From: Schmidtea nova
Taxonomy: Eukaryota
Direction: 5' to 3'
NCBI GenBank assembly: GCA_044892505.1
Contig: CM097882.1
Location: 218,674,001 to 218,738,000, forward strand
Length of the DNA stretch: 64,000 nucleotides
The position numbers and the translations under genes are program-made. The notes under the pieces were generated by a model, which saw only the letters and a program-made list of their open reading frames with translations, did no database searches and had not been told where the DNA came from. How positions within the stretch are numbered: position 1 is the stretch's first letter; each line of letters starts with the position of its first letter. Below are positions 1 through 12,664 of the stretch, in pieces.

Positions 1-303
1 TGAAGCTCCTCATTAAATTTCGATTTTATTGGTTGATATACAATCCTTTTCCAACTTTTGATGTTAATCACTGAAATATGTTCGTTCTCATTACTTTCGA
101 TGCAGTACAATTTTGTTTCGTCAGTTTTGATGTTATTCACAGTCATATTATGCATTTTAAATATTTTAATATTATTCATTGTCATATTACAAATTTTACC
201 TATTTTTATGTTATTCATCGTCATATCAACTATTTTATCTATTTTGATGTTAATCATTGTACTACTATTTATTTTACAGAATTTGCTGTTATTCACTGCA
301 ATC
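1..303 (-). other. Open reading frame remnant with 13-aa (39-bp) tandem repeats, running off the window edge
   Basis: Minus strand reads VNNSKFCKINSST-MINIKIDKIVDMT-MNNIKIGKICNMT-MNNIKIFKMHNMT-VNNIKT...KSWKRIVYQPIKSKFNEEL with no stop to position 1. The listed + strand ORFs (58-306, 78-320) are its antisense shadow. Confidence 0.5.
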
Positions 304-2993
304 TAACCATCCGTTTTTAGGTATAATTTAATGTCTGCTTGTTCTACCATTAATTCATTGTAACACGAATCATCCTACTAAATTCAACGACATTCATACC
401 ATACAGCTCTTAATATTTGTTTTGTACTGTAATTTACTGTTATTTTATTCAACTATCAATCTGAATGCTATTCATTATCCTTACAATGTTATTACTTGCC
501 TAGTCACTCCCCATCAACTATTGCTTCGCTTTCCTTAATATAATCACTTTCATCTCGCGGGAGAACGCACTCTTTTTCATTTTATTTTTATTTTTACCCA
601 TAAAAATCGCTATCAATTCCGGCTAATTATGCACGACAAAACTCTTTCTTTATGTTTGTTTTTCACTTTCCCCATAAAACTACTTTCATCCCGGCTGAGC
701 CCCCAAATTTATGCTGGGTTTATGGGTGGGTTTTAAATAATTAATAATAAATAAATAAATAATAATTAAACAAATAATCATAACTAAGTATACTAGGGAT
801 GCCTCACCCATAACCATACATAAAAAACAAATCGTCTCACTCGCACGCCCCTAACTATTCCCTATCTAGTTAGGTTGGAACTGCGCGCGGTGGTTGAAAA
901 ATGATGGGCAGGTGAGCTCCATCGCTGGAACTACTCCCCATTTATTTTCACGGGTTCCCGCTGCCGCTAGAAGGTCTTACGCGTTATTCTCTCAATGTCT
1001 ACGCTCAAATTCCTTAAAAAAATTAACAAACGTCTTTTTAAATAGAGATTTTATTTAGCTACAAACTCCTTACGCTATATAAAACCCAAAATAATGCGCT
1101 GCACCTTAAAATTATATTTATTTATAAAAACTCTCGAAAATTTCCTTTACTCAAAATCACCGCTATGTCGTTGCATTGTTATGCGTAACAAAATCTATTG
1201 ATCAAGTTCGTCTTGCTAACATTTTAATTCTGAAATTAAATCACTACATAAGATGTAAAATTCCTGTAAAGCTCCAAAATTATCGCTGAAAAATGCGCAA
1301 ACCTCAAAACCTATCGTTCAACACTCAAAAATCCTATCATTATATGAAACCCTCAAAATCTATCGCAATTTCCAAAACTATTCTCTATGTGCAACCATTC
1401 ATTATGTGCAAACTCAAAAATATCCGAAAAAATCCCAGATACATAAATTATAAAAAGGTACAACCGCCGTGTGAAGCGACGAGGCTCCACGATGACGACT
1501 ATGTCTCCCTCGCCGCGTTAGCAGCCTAGGAAGCATAACTATGTAAATATTTTATATAATAACTACAATAATACTCATCATCGAATATTTATTTTCGGAA
1601 AAATTAGCCTCAAAACTTTACTAGGACCACTACTTAACAAATTACCCAACACATCTCACACAAAAATATTCAAATAACACAAAAATACCCGTTCGAAACC
1701 GATCCACACGACTGGCGAAATCAAAACCAAAATTTTGCTCTCAGTAAATTAATGCCAAGTAAGTTTAGATTGTGATTTTTCAGCATCTATTTATACTAAT
1801 TTTACTGACGCTTACATATTTTGTTATATACATAATTTATTAACAATTTAAACTTACTTATTAGTTTTTATAAGTGAGCATTTATTTATCTTTCATAAAT
1901 TTAACTTTATAATTTGATTTATTTATTTCGAAAATATTTGTTTTTAATTCTATTAAATTAGGTGTGTATCTTGTTTTATTGTGCATTTATTGATTAAAAC
2001 AATTTAATTTAAAATCTATTTTCATTCCTATCTCTCTTAATTTTTGCGATATTTCAATAGGGATTTATTCTATAATTTTTAATAAATTATTTTCTTTATT
2101 CTGATACTGATTTTATTCTTTGATCATGCTTTTCATAATCACTTTACAAGCACTGATCTTCCCCATTCAATTCTCATGCGGTCCTTCGTGTGTAAATCTG
2201 ACCTGCACTCAAATTGTGTGCTCTCCTTTGAGATGCCTCTTTTTATCGCTTTAACCCTATCTCGACAGACTTATAAGATGCAGTTCGCATGACTACTATT
2301 GTACTTAACTGTTTTTATTTTCCCTTGCGTTATTTTACTGCTTAACGTCTTGTCGTTCGTTTCTTTTTGTTTCTCTTTGTATGTATTTATTTTTTAATAA
2401 ATTTTAATAAAATTTTATTTTTGATTTCACCAGCCCAACAGATTAAACAAGGTTTAGTTGGGTTCAGTTTTTGTCCAACAATATAAATAATATTTTTCTG
2501 TTTTTCCTAACAATAAGTTTTTTGCTAATTGCGTTTTTAAAAATTTAGAAATTTTTATTTTTCAAGATTCTATCCAAATTCCTTTTATGTTGATACTTAA
2601 TGGAAATATATTTGGTTTATTTTTTAAATTATGAATGACGAAAACAAGTCATTTATACATTTTTAAGTATTCAAAAATTACAAATTGTGATATATTCAAA
2701 TTCAAATTATTTATTTAAATTACTTATTTAAATATTAATTCATTTGTTTGAATCATTACTTTGTAAATTAGCGCAAATCAAATTTTAACAAATCTCATTA
2801 TTTCATTGGAGGTTTATATACTTTACTTAATTTGTTGCTGCTTTGATTACAAATTCAGTGTATCTTTTTGAAACTAATTTTTCAAGTTAGTTTAACATTT
2901 AATGTTTTAAATAACGTTAATAATATATTTTTTAAATTTCCGACATTTTATACAGTATTGTAGGTTATTTAATTTAGGCATTTTTATTCCCAA

Positions 2994-3974
2994 ATGGCTC
3001 TGGCATCTCAAGCAGCTCTTCTCGATGAACTGATGGGTATCAATAGAAATAGTAATAGTAAAAAAGATCCTCATTGGGATGATGAAAGTGTTTGCAAATA
3101 TTATCTCGCTGGCTTTTGTCCACATGAATTATTTGTCAACACAAAAATGTCGCTAGGTGCTTGTCCAAAACTCCATGATATAAATCTTTTGAATAAGTAT
3201 AAAAACAGTTCGTCTTACATGAAAGTCGGTTTTGAGAAGCTACTGAAGAAATTTCTTGGAGGTTTTATTAGAGATGTTCAGAGAAAAATCGAAGTAAATA
3301 AAAGTCGTTTAGAAAATGGATTGTTCTCAGGTACAGAAATAGCAATACAAAAAAGAATTACAATGAAAGAAAATGAGATCAATGAAACCGTTGAAACGAT
3401 AGAAAAACTAGGAAATGAGGGTAGGATTGAGGAATGTCAAATTTTAAACAATCAATTGGAAGAGAAACAAAAAGAACTAAAGTACGATAAAATTGAGTTA
3501 GAAAATCATAGGAAAAGTGCCAAAGAAAAACAGGAAGATGTTTGCAATATTTGTGGAGCTTATATAAGTAAAAATGATCCAAGAAATAGCATTGAAAATC
3601 ACGTCAGTGGCAGAATTCACTGTGGGTATGTTAGGATTAATGAGATTCTCGAGGAATTGGATAAAATAATTGATGATGAATCTTTGAAATCATCGAGTAT
3701 TAAAGAGGATAATAATAATCGAAGAGATGGGCGTGAAAGAAAACGAAGTAGGCGTCGTAGTGAAAAAGATAGCAGTCGTAGTAGACATAGAAGCAGATGT
3801 AGAACACGATCTAGGAGCCATGAAAGAAAGAAGAAATATAATGAATCCAAAACTGAAAGAAATTCTCGAAAATCTGAAAGAGAAAAAACTCGAAGTAAAA
3901 GTCGTACAAAAAAACATTCTTCTAGCAAAATTACTGACAAATGGAAAATCAGGGACTCTAGAATTGGGAGCTGA
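2994..3974 (+). CDS. LUC7L3: LUC7-like U1 snRNP-associated splicing factor (closest to LUC7L3/CROP type), intronless
   Basis: N-terminal LLDELMG, first zinc finger VCKYYLAGFCPHELFVNTKMSLGACPKLHD, coiled-coil middle, second zinc finger VCNICGAY...NHVSGRIHCGY, and an RS/RE-rich C-terminus. 326-aa uninterrupted ORF. Confidence 0.93.
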   Translation: MALASQAALLDELMGINRNSNSKKDPHWDDESVCKYYLAGFCPHELFVNTKMSLGACPKLHDINLLNKYKNSSSYMKVGFEKLLKKFLGGFIRDVQRKIEVNKSRLENGLFSGTEIAIQKRITMKENEINETVETIEKLGNEGRIEECQILNNQLEEKQKELKYDKIELENHRKSAKEKQEDVCNICGAYISKNDPRNSIENHVSGRIHCGYVRINEILEELDKIIDDESLKSSSIKEDNNNRRDGRERKRSRRRSEKDSSRSRHRSRCRTRSRSHERKKKYNESKTERNSRKSEREKTRSKSRTKKHSSSKITDKWKIRDSRIGS

Positions 3975-5764
3975 AATTGCCTGGAAAGTTTTCAATTAAA
4001 AACTCAGAGTCTTCATTTACTATTGCATATGTAGGTTTTTTTGTAAATAAATTTTAACGTTTTCCTATTTCTGTTAATATTTTATTAGCAATCGAATTAG
4101 AATAATTCGGCAACAATACTTAAAAGTGGATATTGAAAGGTTGTTTTACAAATTTTGACAACAGTAATTTTTAATAATCATTATATTCGATTGTTTAATC
4201 CATTCAGGTGATGTCATTTTGCTTTCTCATGATAATTTGGGGTTTTGCCACCCAAATACCTATTGAAGTTTTGATAATTGAAATTTGTGTATAGATTTTT
4301 AATTTACAGAAAAAAATATTTCAATAATAATATAATTTTTGATTAGTTTTGAGGCTTTTTAACACCTGGATAAACCGTCAATAACTTACTCGTTAGGATT
4401 TTTATAATATATAGCGTACCATAAAGTAATTGGCCGATTGGATTAAGCTTGAATTGAAAATTATTGAAATATGCAGAAAGCAAACATTTGCTTCCTAATA
4501 AATAATAAATTCAATTCATGGCAATATTCAAATTTTAAAAATCAATAAAAATTACAAATGGTAAATAATATAAAATAATGTTGGATAATTATTCGATTTT
4601 CAAATTACAAAGATAAAATTCAGTTTTTAACATTGGTAGATGTTATCAAAAAATCGAATGTCTATTAAATATATTTTTGTGAATTATAAATTGAAACAAT
4701 TTGTTTAAATATATCGATAACTAAGAAGGTTCCTGTAGTATTCAATTTAAATAAATAATAAAAATTATTAATTAATTAAATTCTATATTGTATGCATTTC
4801 TTTTCATGATAATTAATCATTCTTATTTTATTATCTGATTTAACTAATTGAACACTAATAAAATTATTTCAATATAGTTATTAAATCAGTCCCTATAAGT
4901 TAAAGAGAGTCATGTGGAAACAATAAAATCAAAATATATCTTCATTTGTTATACATGAGATTTGTAATAGATCATCAGTGCCATAGAAATGGATTTATAA
5001 TGGTATTGTGATAACATAAATTGAGGAATATAAAAGTATGAGTATTAGGCCACCAAAATTTAAAAGAACAAAATTTTTAAGATAAGTATATACAATGCAA
5101 ACATCAAATTTACTCAAACAAATTAGGATTTGTCCATCAAGAACTTCAGCTCTTTCACCCCCTCCTCCCTTGTGCTCATTTGATTAACCAACCATTTATG
5201 TAAATGATTATTAGTGTATAGCACAACTTTGTAGATTGCAGCTGGAGTATGCTTTCAGATGGGTGTGTATACTAGCAGGATTTGAATATTAATTCGTTTG
5301 AAAACGTCCTCTACCCTGTTTTGCGTCAGTGATAACTAAAACTTTTACATCTCTTACTCAAACTTCCTAATGAGAATTTCCTTAAAAAACAGGAATTAAT
5401 CTGGCAATGCCTTTCTATTTGCTTGTGAAGTTTTGAGAAATGATTACAGATGTTATTTCGTATTGGACACTTCAAATTGTTAATGCATTTTAGTAAATGT
5501 GTTGAATAACTAATGAGTAATAAACAATTAATTGATTGTCCAGGTGACTTTCGGTTATATTTAAAAATTCTAAAAATAATTTATAAATTCCATTTAGGAA
5601 ATTAAATAAAATGATAAGTTACTTCTATAGTATACAATATCGATTTTAACCGACTATTTAGATCTTATAAATTATTTTAATACGGTAAGCTTCTGTATGA
5701 AATTTAACAATTTGGTAAATAAAATTCAATATGTATTTTTCCGTTTTGATTTTAATACCGATTA

Positions 5765-6530
5765 GGGATCATTGCATAATTACGTCACGCTCGAGGGTGG
5801 GTGGGTTGGTTCCTTGAAAACGTGACGTGGGTGGGTGGGTGAGTTGAGCTGAACGTGACGTCACTTCTAGTTGTATTTTATAATGGACCGGTTAGACCAA
5901 AAGAGTTTTAATTGCAATAATCTTCCTCTGCTACGGTGATGCTGATATTTTGACTGGACAACTATGACTAACAAAGCTGCTACAGCAAGCTCCCTGCATG
6001 GCAAAAGACGAATACCACAATAATTGTTACTGATTTAGTCGAAGAAGAAGTAGCCGAAGTCGCAGACATTAGCGAGAGTTCAGATGAGCACGTCTGTTCA
6101 CCCGCTTGTATGAACTGTTTGGATCTTTTTTAGTTTTACCTTCGGAACAACGTGGTAATTCTCCATGGATTCCTGAATTCGAAGAATCAGTTAATTAAAT
6201 TAATATTACTTGATCCACTGCTACGATTTTTAAACATTTTAAAACTGATTTTGCCTAAACATTTTAAATGAAGTGCTCGAAATAATTTTAAAATCCATAA
6301 GTTAATTTTAGTTGTTGTTTGATTCATTAAATTTTTTTAAAACCTGTTTCAACTGTCCATAAGTTTCTATTTTGAATGGCTTATGGCACCACTAGGCTGC
6401 CCCCATTTCGTGAACAATAAAATGACGTCACGATTGGGGGTGGATGGGTCTAGGGAAATGTGACCAAGAGTAACAGGGTGGGTGGGTCAAAATGGTCATT
6501 TTTGGCGTGACGTAATTATGCAATGACCCC
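5765..6530. mobile_element. Non-autonomous DNA transposon (MITE), probably PIF/Harbinger type
   Basis: TIRs gggatcattgcataattacgtcacgc (5765) and gcgtgacgtaattatgcaatgacccc (ending 6530) match at 25/26 positions. GGG start, TTA on the left flank and TTT/TTA on the right. Subterminal gggtgggtgg and cgtgacgt motifs. Confidence 0.8.
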
Positions 6531-6956
6531 TTTAGTGATTTTACAGTAAAACTCACACGATATTCTATATTTTTAAGGTTTTTCATAAACGTTAAGTAAA
6601 CAAATGGTAAGAATAAAATTTCGTTAAATAAAAATAATAGAATTCCTTGACATAATTTAAGATTGACTTATTATCTATCGGAAAGTAAGGATTTTCGTTC
6701 ATAAGGGTGATTTCGAATACGGAAATTCCAAATTTAGAGAATATTTTTTATAATTCATTTGGAATCGCGATAAAGATTCTAGAATACGGTCAGATTACTT
6801 ACAATTACTGGAACCAAATATAAATTGTGATAAATTGTATTTATCCCTATAGATTTGAATTTCGCTGGGTAAATGTAAGATCATACTTATGTAATTCATA
6901 ATAGTTGGTTGTTGACCGTCAATATGAACTTGACGTTACTATGGCTCATGTTAGGT

Positions 6957-7743
6957 TTTTGGGTTGTTGGTGAAATTTAAAAGTTACCAATCAAATTTCT
7001 GACTCCAAATGCGTGCTTTATTAATCAATAGAATAACAATTACAACAAGAATTTTTTTGATATCACAACTGGTTTTACAATTACACTGGTACACTGAATC
7101 AATAATCTGAGACAATTATACAGTGCTTATTACGACTATTAAGAATATCACTCATGTATAATATCCGTCCAACAACCACTAGCTACTGATTTAGATTTAA
7201 CAATGGTAACCAGCTAATTGTTTCTTTGCTTTAACTTTAAATTCGACTCAACAATCTTTCCTCAAAAGATTTCTCAATAAATTTCTCTCGATACCTTTCT
7301 CAAAAACTTTTCAATAAGTTCTCTCGATAAATTTCTTAATAAGTTTTTGTATAAGTTTCTCTCACAAATTCTTTCCACAAAACTTCGCCACACAAATTTC
7401 TAGTCCCTCTCGAATTTTTTTCTAATTCAGCTGCGCTGACTTTTGCTTTTATAGCGTGTCAAATTTTGTGGTGCTGGAAAACAATTTTTCTTTCAATTTT
7501 TCTTTTTGCCTTATTCCACAGCTCTAGCCTTATCTGTGACAGCTGTCAAGATATGCCCTGATTTTCCTTTTTGCTGTTTCCGCTTTTCCCCTATCATTCC
7601 GATATCCCTGACAAGCTGTTAAAATATAATTTTCTACTTGATCTTGGTTTTTCGTTTTCAGAATTCTTTTTGCATTTTTGTACTTTTTAATTAGGAATAC
7701 TACTGTGGTGGATGATATTTTATTAGGGTGAACTCCACCAACA
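6957..7743 (-). mobile_element. Solo LTR-like element (TGTTGG...CCCAACA family)
   Basis: The minus strand starts TGTTGGTGG and ends ...CACCAACAACCCAA. Shares tatcttgacagctgtca, ctataaaagcaaaag and a ~90-bp terminal block with 17141-18033 in inverted orientation. Confidence 0.6.
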
Positions 7744-8617
7744 TAAAAACGTAGTTTCCCCAGCGATGGTGCCCATGAGATACCCTTAATTGTATCCCAT
7801 GTTGGTACTTCACCAATTGGTGTATGTTAAGAGGGCAGGTGAGCAATCGAGGTGATTACTATTCCCCTCTTTTACATACGAGTCCACTTGATCGATAAAA
7901 GACCTTTATCTGGCATACATTTGGTTCCTTTATATAATTTAAATTACATTATTTTATTAAACGAATCATTCTTATTCATACCTTAAAATTGAACACAAAA
8001 CTCAAATCTAAAAATATGCATTTATTTACATAAACACAGTGGAATTGATTAAGTCTATCAATCGGCTTTCCTTCAGCCCACTCAATAGATCCACTTGAAT
8101 ACTAAGCTTCTCGAGTAGGAGACAGTGTCAGGTCTGGATCCGTATGAGTTATCGCGCGTTTTTGGCGCCATTTTTAAAGTGTGTTTTGTTTAAATGTTTG
8201 GAATTTTTATTTTTTTTTTAATTAATTAATTAATTTTTTTTAATTTAAATTATATTTTTTTTATTAATTAATTTTTTTTAATTAGTTTTTTCTAAAAAAT
8301 ATTATTAATTTACTTTTGTTAGTATAATTTATTATTGATATTATAATTTTTGAAATACTTCAATGATAAACGTTCAATGAAAGCACTACTCAAAATATTA
8401 TGAGCATATAACAAAATGAGACAATTCTGCACAACATAAAATTACATGGTCAAATACGATAAATATTAAACTAATTATTTATTATTATTATTATTAATAT
8501 TACTATTATTTCTATGACGTAACCATAGTTTCTAAAAATTATTACCCAAATTATAAAAACAGACTGAAACTAATCTGTACAATATATAATTAATTAATTA
8601 AAAAAAAACAAAGTTCT

Positions 8618-11600
8618 TCAACAAATTTTATTTAATAAAACTGTTTCTTCTTCAGTTGGATCTTGAAATTTTTGATCTATATTGAATCGTGGATCGGTAT
8701 GTTGAAATATAACCAAGTCACCTCCCATATAATGGCCATATGCCAAGCTTTTATTTTTCGCTACCCATTTCCTTTTATCATCTGCGTTTGTCAGTGCAAT
8801 CTTTTCATTTTTAATGGTAAAAAGTTGGTGATTTTTACTTGTGATTCTGGTTTGGGGATCAGAAAATATTTGGTTATTATTAAAACAGTCCAGGTACGAC
8901 TGATGCTTTATGTCAGTACCCGCCAATGTTGCCCCCTTAGCTTTATTAGTTTCCTCGTCACCTAAAAGACTATAACATTTAGGTCTAAGAAACACCCACT
9001 CCTCGTATTTAAGCCTTTTATTCTCGTCTTTGAATTTGCCAATGACAGAATCAAGGTTCCTACTATATAATGGGTGATTCGGATCATAATTAGAAGTGTC
9101 AAGTAAGTTATCTCTTATCATGGCCGGTAAAAGAATATCAAGCTTACAATTTCTAATCTCAAGAAAAAATGAATCGGTGTCACCAGCTATAATGTTGATT
9201 TCGCAGTTGAATTCGTTACGATATTTTTGTAACTCTTCATACTGCAGCTGGTACATTCTAAGTTTAGATAGATCCAGTACAGTTTGACCAATGTAGCTAG
9301 GTCTATCCAAACACACCGAATCTTTATTCAATAAGACGGCAACAAAATCATCGTCAATTTCGAAAGTCCTTTTGAAAGTTGGCTTAGAAGTATATGTAAT
9401 CAGCCTAGAAGCCAAATTACATAATCTTAAATTTATGCGCTTTTTAAGATTCTCTACGGTTTTACCGTAGAGACTATTATTTAATAATTTATAATAATTT
9501 TTACCCAGAGCATTACTTGATTCTGCTCTAAGTCTGGTATTGGTATCGATGTAATCCTTAAAAATACATGCTTGTTTAAATTTAATTGTCCTATGGACAT
9601 GAGTTATTTTTATTCCAAGAGAAAGAAAAAGTTTGAGAAGTCTCCAATGAAGAACATAGTTCTTCTTGGGATAATGCGTGAGCATCAACTTCTCAACCTT
9701 TGTGCCAGGTGGACACATCTTTTCAGCGGCAACTGGCAAATCATCCAGCTTGTCGTGAATCGAATCAGGAATTTCTAAATCGACTTCTAATGTAAACTCA
9801 AATGTTAATACTTCTAAATCAGCAGATTCACAGTAATAAATTATTTTATTTAATTTTTTCCTATCAGTTACCCATTTAAATTCTTTATAAGGTAGTTTTT
9901 GGCTTAAGGCCCACCCATATAAATTATTTATATCTATATAAAGAAGCTCAGTGTCGTCGTCGGATACTACATCGATACCCCTTCGAAAAAATTATACATC
10001 TCCATATCTTGAAGCAATTCAATTGGAGATTTCAAAGTCATCAAAGCGGAATTCCATGACATGCCTGGAATTACCAAGAAATTAAGAGGCTCAAGTCGGT
10101 TATGTGCAATGGATTTTGCCCTAAATTGCCGAAAAAAGTCGGCAAGTAAGAAAACATCCAATTTCAGATATAGCATCATATAATCAAACAATGTTTCACA
10201 ATTAAATTCATCCCATATATGTTGAGCTTTTTCATACTCGTCGATAATAACTCCCTCCCAAATCGGTGGCAACTCGTATGTATTTTGTAAAACCTCTAAA
10301 GAAGTTGCAAAATTATATGGGAATATGCCTTTGGAAGTAATAATAGTCCCTATAAATTCGGATGAAGTAAAAGGAAAATCTGTTAAAGTCTTTATAGCAT
10401 CTTTTAAGCTACAGCTTACAAATTGGCAAGAATCGATAAATTTAATAGTTAAACTATCGACTCTTGCATATAAAGTCAAAAGCCTTTCACTTGTAGTAGG
10501 AATACAACTTATATCCCATTTAACGAATTTATTTAAACCATACTTGAGGATATGATGCAAATCATATCCGCGTAAATTATGAAATATGACTGGCATGATG
10601 AATCTTATTTGCCGAGAAAAATTGCATTTAGAGCAAGCCGCACCCAAGTATTTACCTGTATAATGGTCATGATCTTTAACCGGATTTCTCAAAGGTTTAT
10701 TACACAAATAACAAATTATAGAACGGGGGGCCATACCTATATCGTAATATCACTTTATACCTATATCGTGAATGATAGAAATAGATTAATATCGTAATAT
10801 CGTAAATAGATTAATATCGTAATATCGTAAATAGATTAATATCGTAAAATGGGGGGCCATACCTATATCGTAATATCACTTCATACCTATATCGTGAAGG
10901 GGGGCCATACTAAAAATGTATACTGGATTATCCGATTATTATATACTGGGTTATCCGAATTTTGTACTTTGGAGACACATGAGATACAAATGGTTTTTAT
11001 TTTCATCAAATTAATTCAGTAGCAGAACATTGCGAACAGAACCCTAGTAGCAGAACCTATTCTGTGATGGTTTTTCTGTGCAAAAGCTCATTAGTTAAAC
11101 ATTTATTACTGTTAAATTATAGCATGATGATATATGTAATCATATTTTGTATGATATTGCTTGTTACGATATAAAAGAATAACTTGAATTACGATATTAA
11201 TTAATATTGACTTTTACGATAAAGTATTTTTACGATATAGTTCCAATATTACCATAAATATTTTTACGATACAGGTACTGGCACCCTATAGAACTTCGAA
11301 ATGATCTTATTTGTGCAGTGGAAAGATATTCCATTTTCATTTTGGAATTATTTATAAAGTAAGGTAAAACTACTTTTTCTCCTATATCATTGATTTCGGT
11401 TAAAAACTCTTCTTCACAGGTAAGACCAATAAAGCTTTTATATGATTTTTCTCCAGTAAAGGTATTAATAAGCAACAAGCCAGCAGAAATAGGTAAGTGA
11501 CGTTGAAAATACTTATCGTCCTTGGGTAAAACAGCCTCAAAATCGGCATATACAACAAAAGGAGGGGTAACAATTTTTGACCAATCTTTAAATTCCAAGT

Positions 11601-12236
11601 TCTTATCTGAAGGCAAAGTGTACAAAGTTGTACCTAACTGATTTTTTGCGCATAAAGCCTGCTGTTTCTCGAAAGCTTCAGACAATCTAAAACCATTCAA
11701 GCAACGCTCGCACCAAGTGCATCTTATCCTAACATTTGTAACAGAAAGAGTTTCATAGTTCAAAAGTCTATTGAGATTGGTAACTGCTATATAATGAAAA
11801 AAGTCACTTTCTTCTAACAAAATCAAATTAATTGGAGTGCCACCTACAACCTTTGACCTATGAATAATATCTAAGAATGGATGTATCATGACTTCCTCCT
11901 CTTCATTAATATTATCTAGATCATACTCGTCATATGAAAGGACATTAATAGCCAGTCCAGGGTTTTTCGCTTCAAATTTGGGTATATTACATAATTTCAA
12001 TGGAAAATCAGAAGGATCAAAAACCAGGTCTGAAATATTATAATTATAAGACTTACTTCTATTAGATTTCACATCCTTGTATTTTAAAATTGCCAAAATA
12101 CTATATATAAAACACAATTTATCGGTATTCTTTACATTGACAGTGTTTAATGATGGTGGAGTTGAACAAGAACCTTTACCGCTCAATCTACTTATTTGCG
12201 AATATTTTGTAAGTTTAAAGCTTATTTCTTTAATGC
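8618..12236 (-). pseudogene. Protein-primed family B DNA polymerase (Polinton/adintovirus type) with endonuclease VII-like insert; disrupted
   Basis: Motifs in order: CFIYSILA; VYADFEA (ExoI); CYLCNKP...DHDHYTGKYLGAACSKCN (EndoVII-like); FHNLRGYD (ExoII); KGIFPY; YLKLDVFLLAD (ExoIII); YIDINNLYGWAL (motif A, 9890-9940, between listed ORFs); KLLNNSLYGK (motif B); GDTDS (motif C). Broken by a 562-bp insertion, a deletion after FFEG and frameshifts. Confidence 0.93.
10725..11286. mobile_element. MITE-like insertion in pPolB with 8-bp TSD
   Basis: TATAGAAC flanks both sides (10717-10724, 11287-11294). Imperfect TIRs GGGGGGCCATACCT / GGGTGCCAGTACCT. TATCGTA motif arrays on the left are mirrored by TACGATA on the right. 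Removing the insert restores SFRSSIICYLCNK in frame. Confidence 0.85.
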
Positions 12237-12664
12237 CCCAATACCCCCATATATATTACGTAATCACTCGGGGTTTGTATAGTACATATGGTTACGTAAT
12301 CATTATATAATCAAGTGTGCTTAATAAAACCCGATAATTACGTAATTCATATATAATTACATAATTACATATATTTGTTAAAATTGAGTGGATTTTTTGT
12401 TTAAATTAAGAGAAATTTTGTTTTAATTAAGCGAAATTTTGTTTTATTTAACTGGAATATTTGTGTTAATTAGATGACTTTTTTGTTTTTATTATTTAAA
12501 AATATGAAATTTTATTTAAAATTTAATAAAAAAGAATATGAGCTCACACATGGGGGGCGGCAGACCGCTCACTACCTCCTACTACAAAACTTCAAATGTC
12601 TTTTTTGAGTCGATAAACCGGCCCGATCGAGTTTTTAGTGAAACAATAGATAGACAGAATTTAA

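Larger units (their letters stand above)
8114..12583 (-). mobile_element. Internally deleted Polinton/Maverick-like segment carrying pPolB
   Basis: Left end AGTAGGAGACAGTGTCAGGTCTG. Right end, reverse-complemented, AGTAGGAGGTAGTGAGCGGTCTG. AG-starting imperfect inverted termini enclose the pPolB pseudogene. No target-site duplication is evident. Confidence 0.5.

Noticed and set aside
3379-3999. ORFs 3379-3582, 3617-3940, 3690-3995 and 3727-3999 overlapping LUC7
   Set aside because: Antisense or alternate-frame shadows of the low-complexity RS-rich tail.
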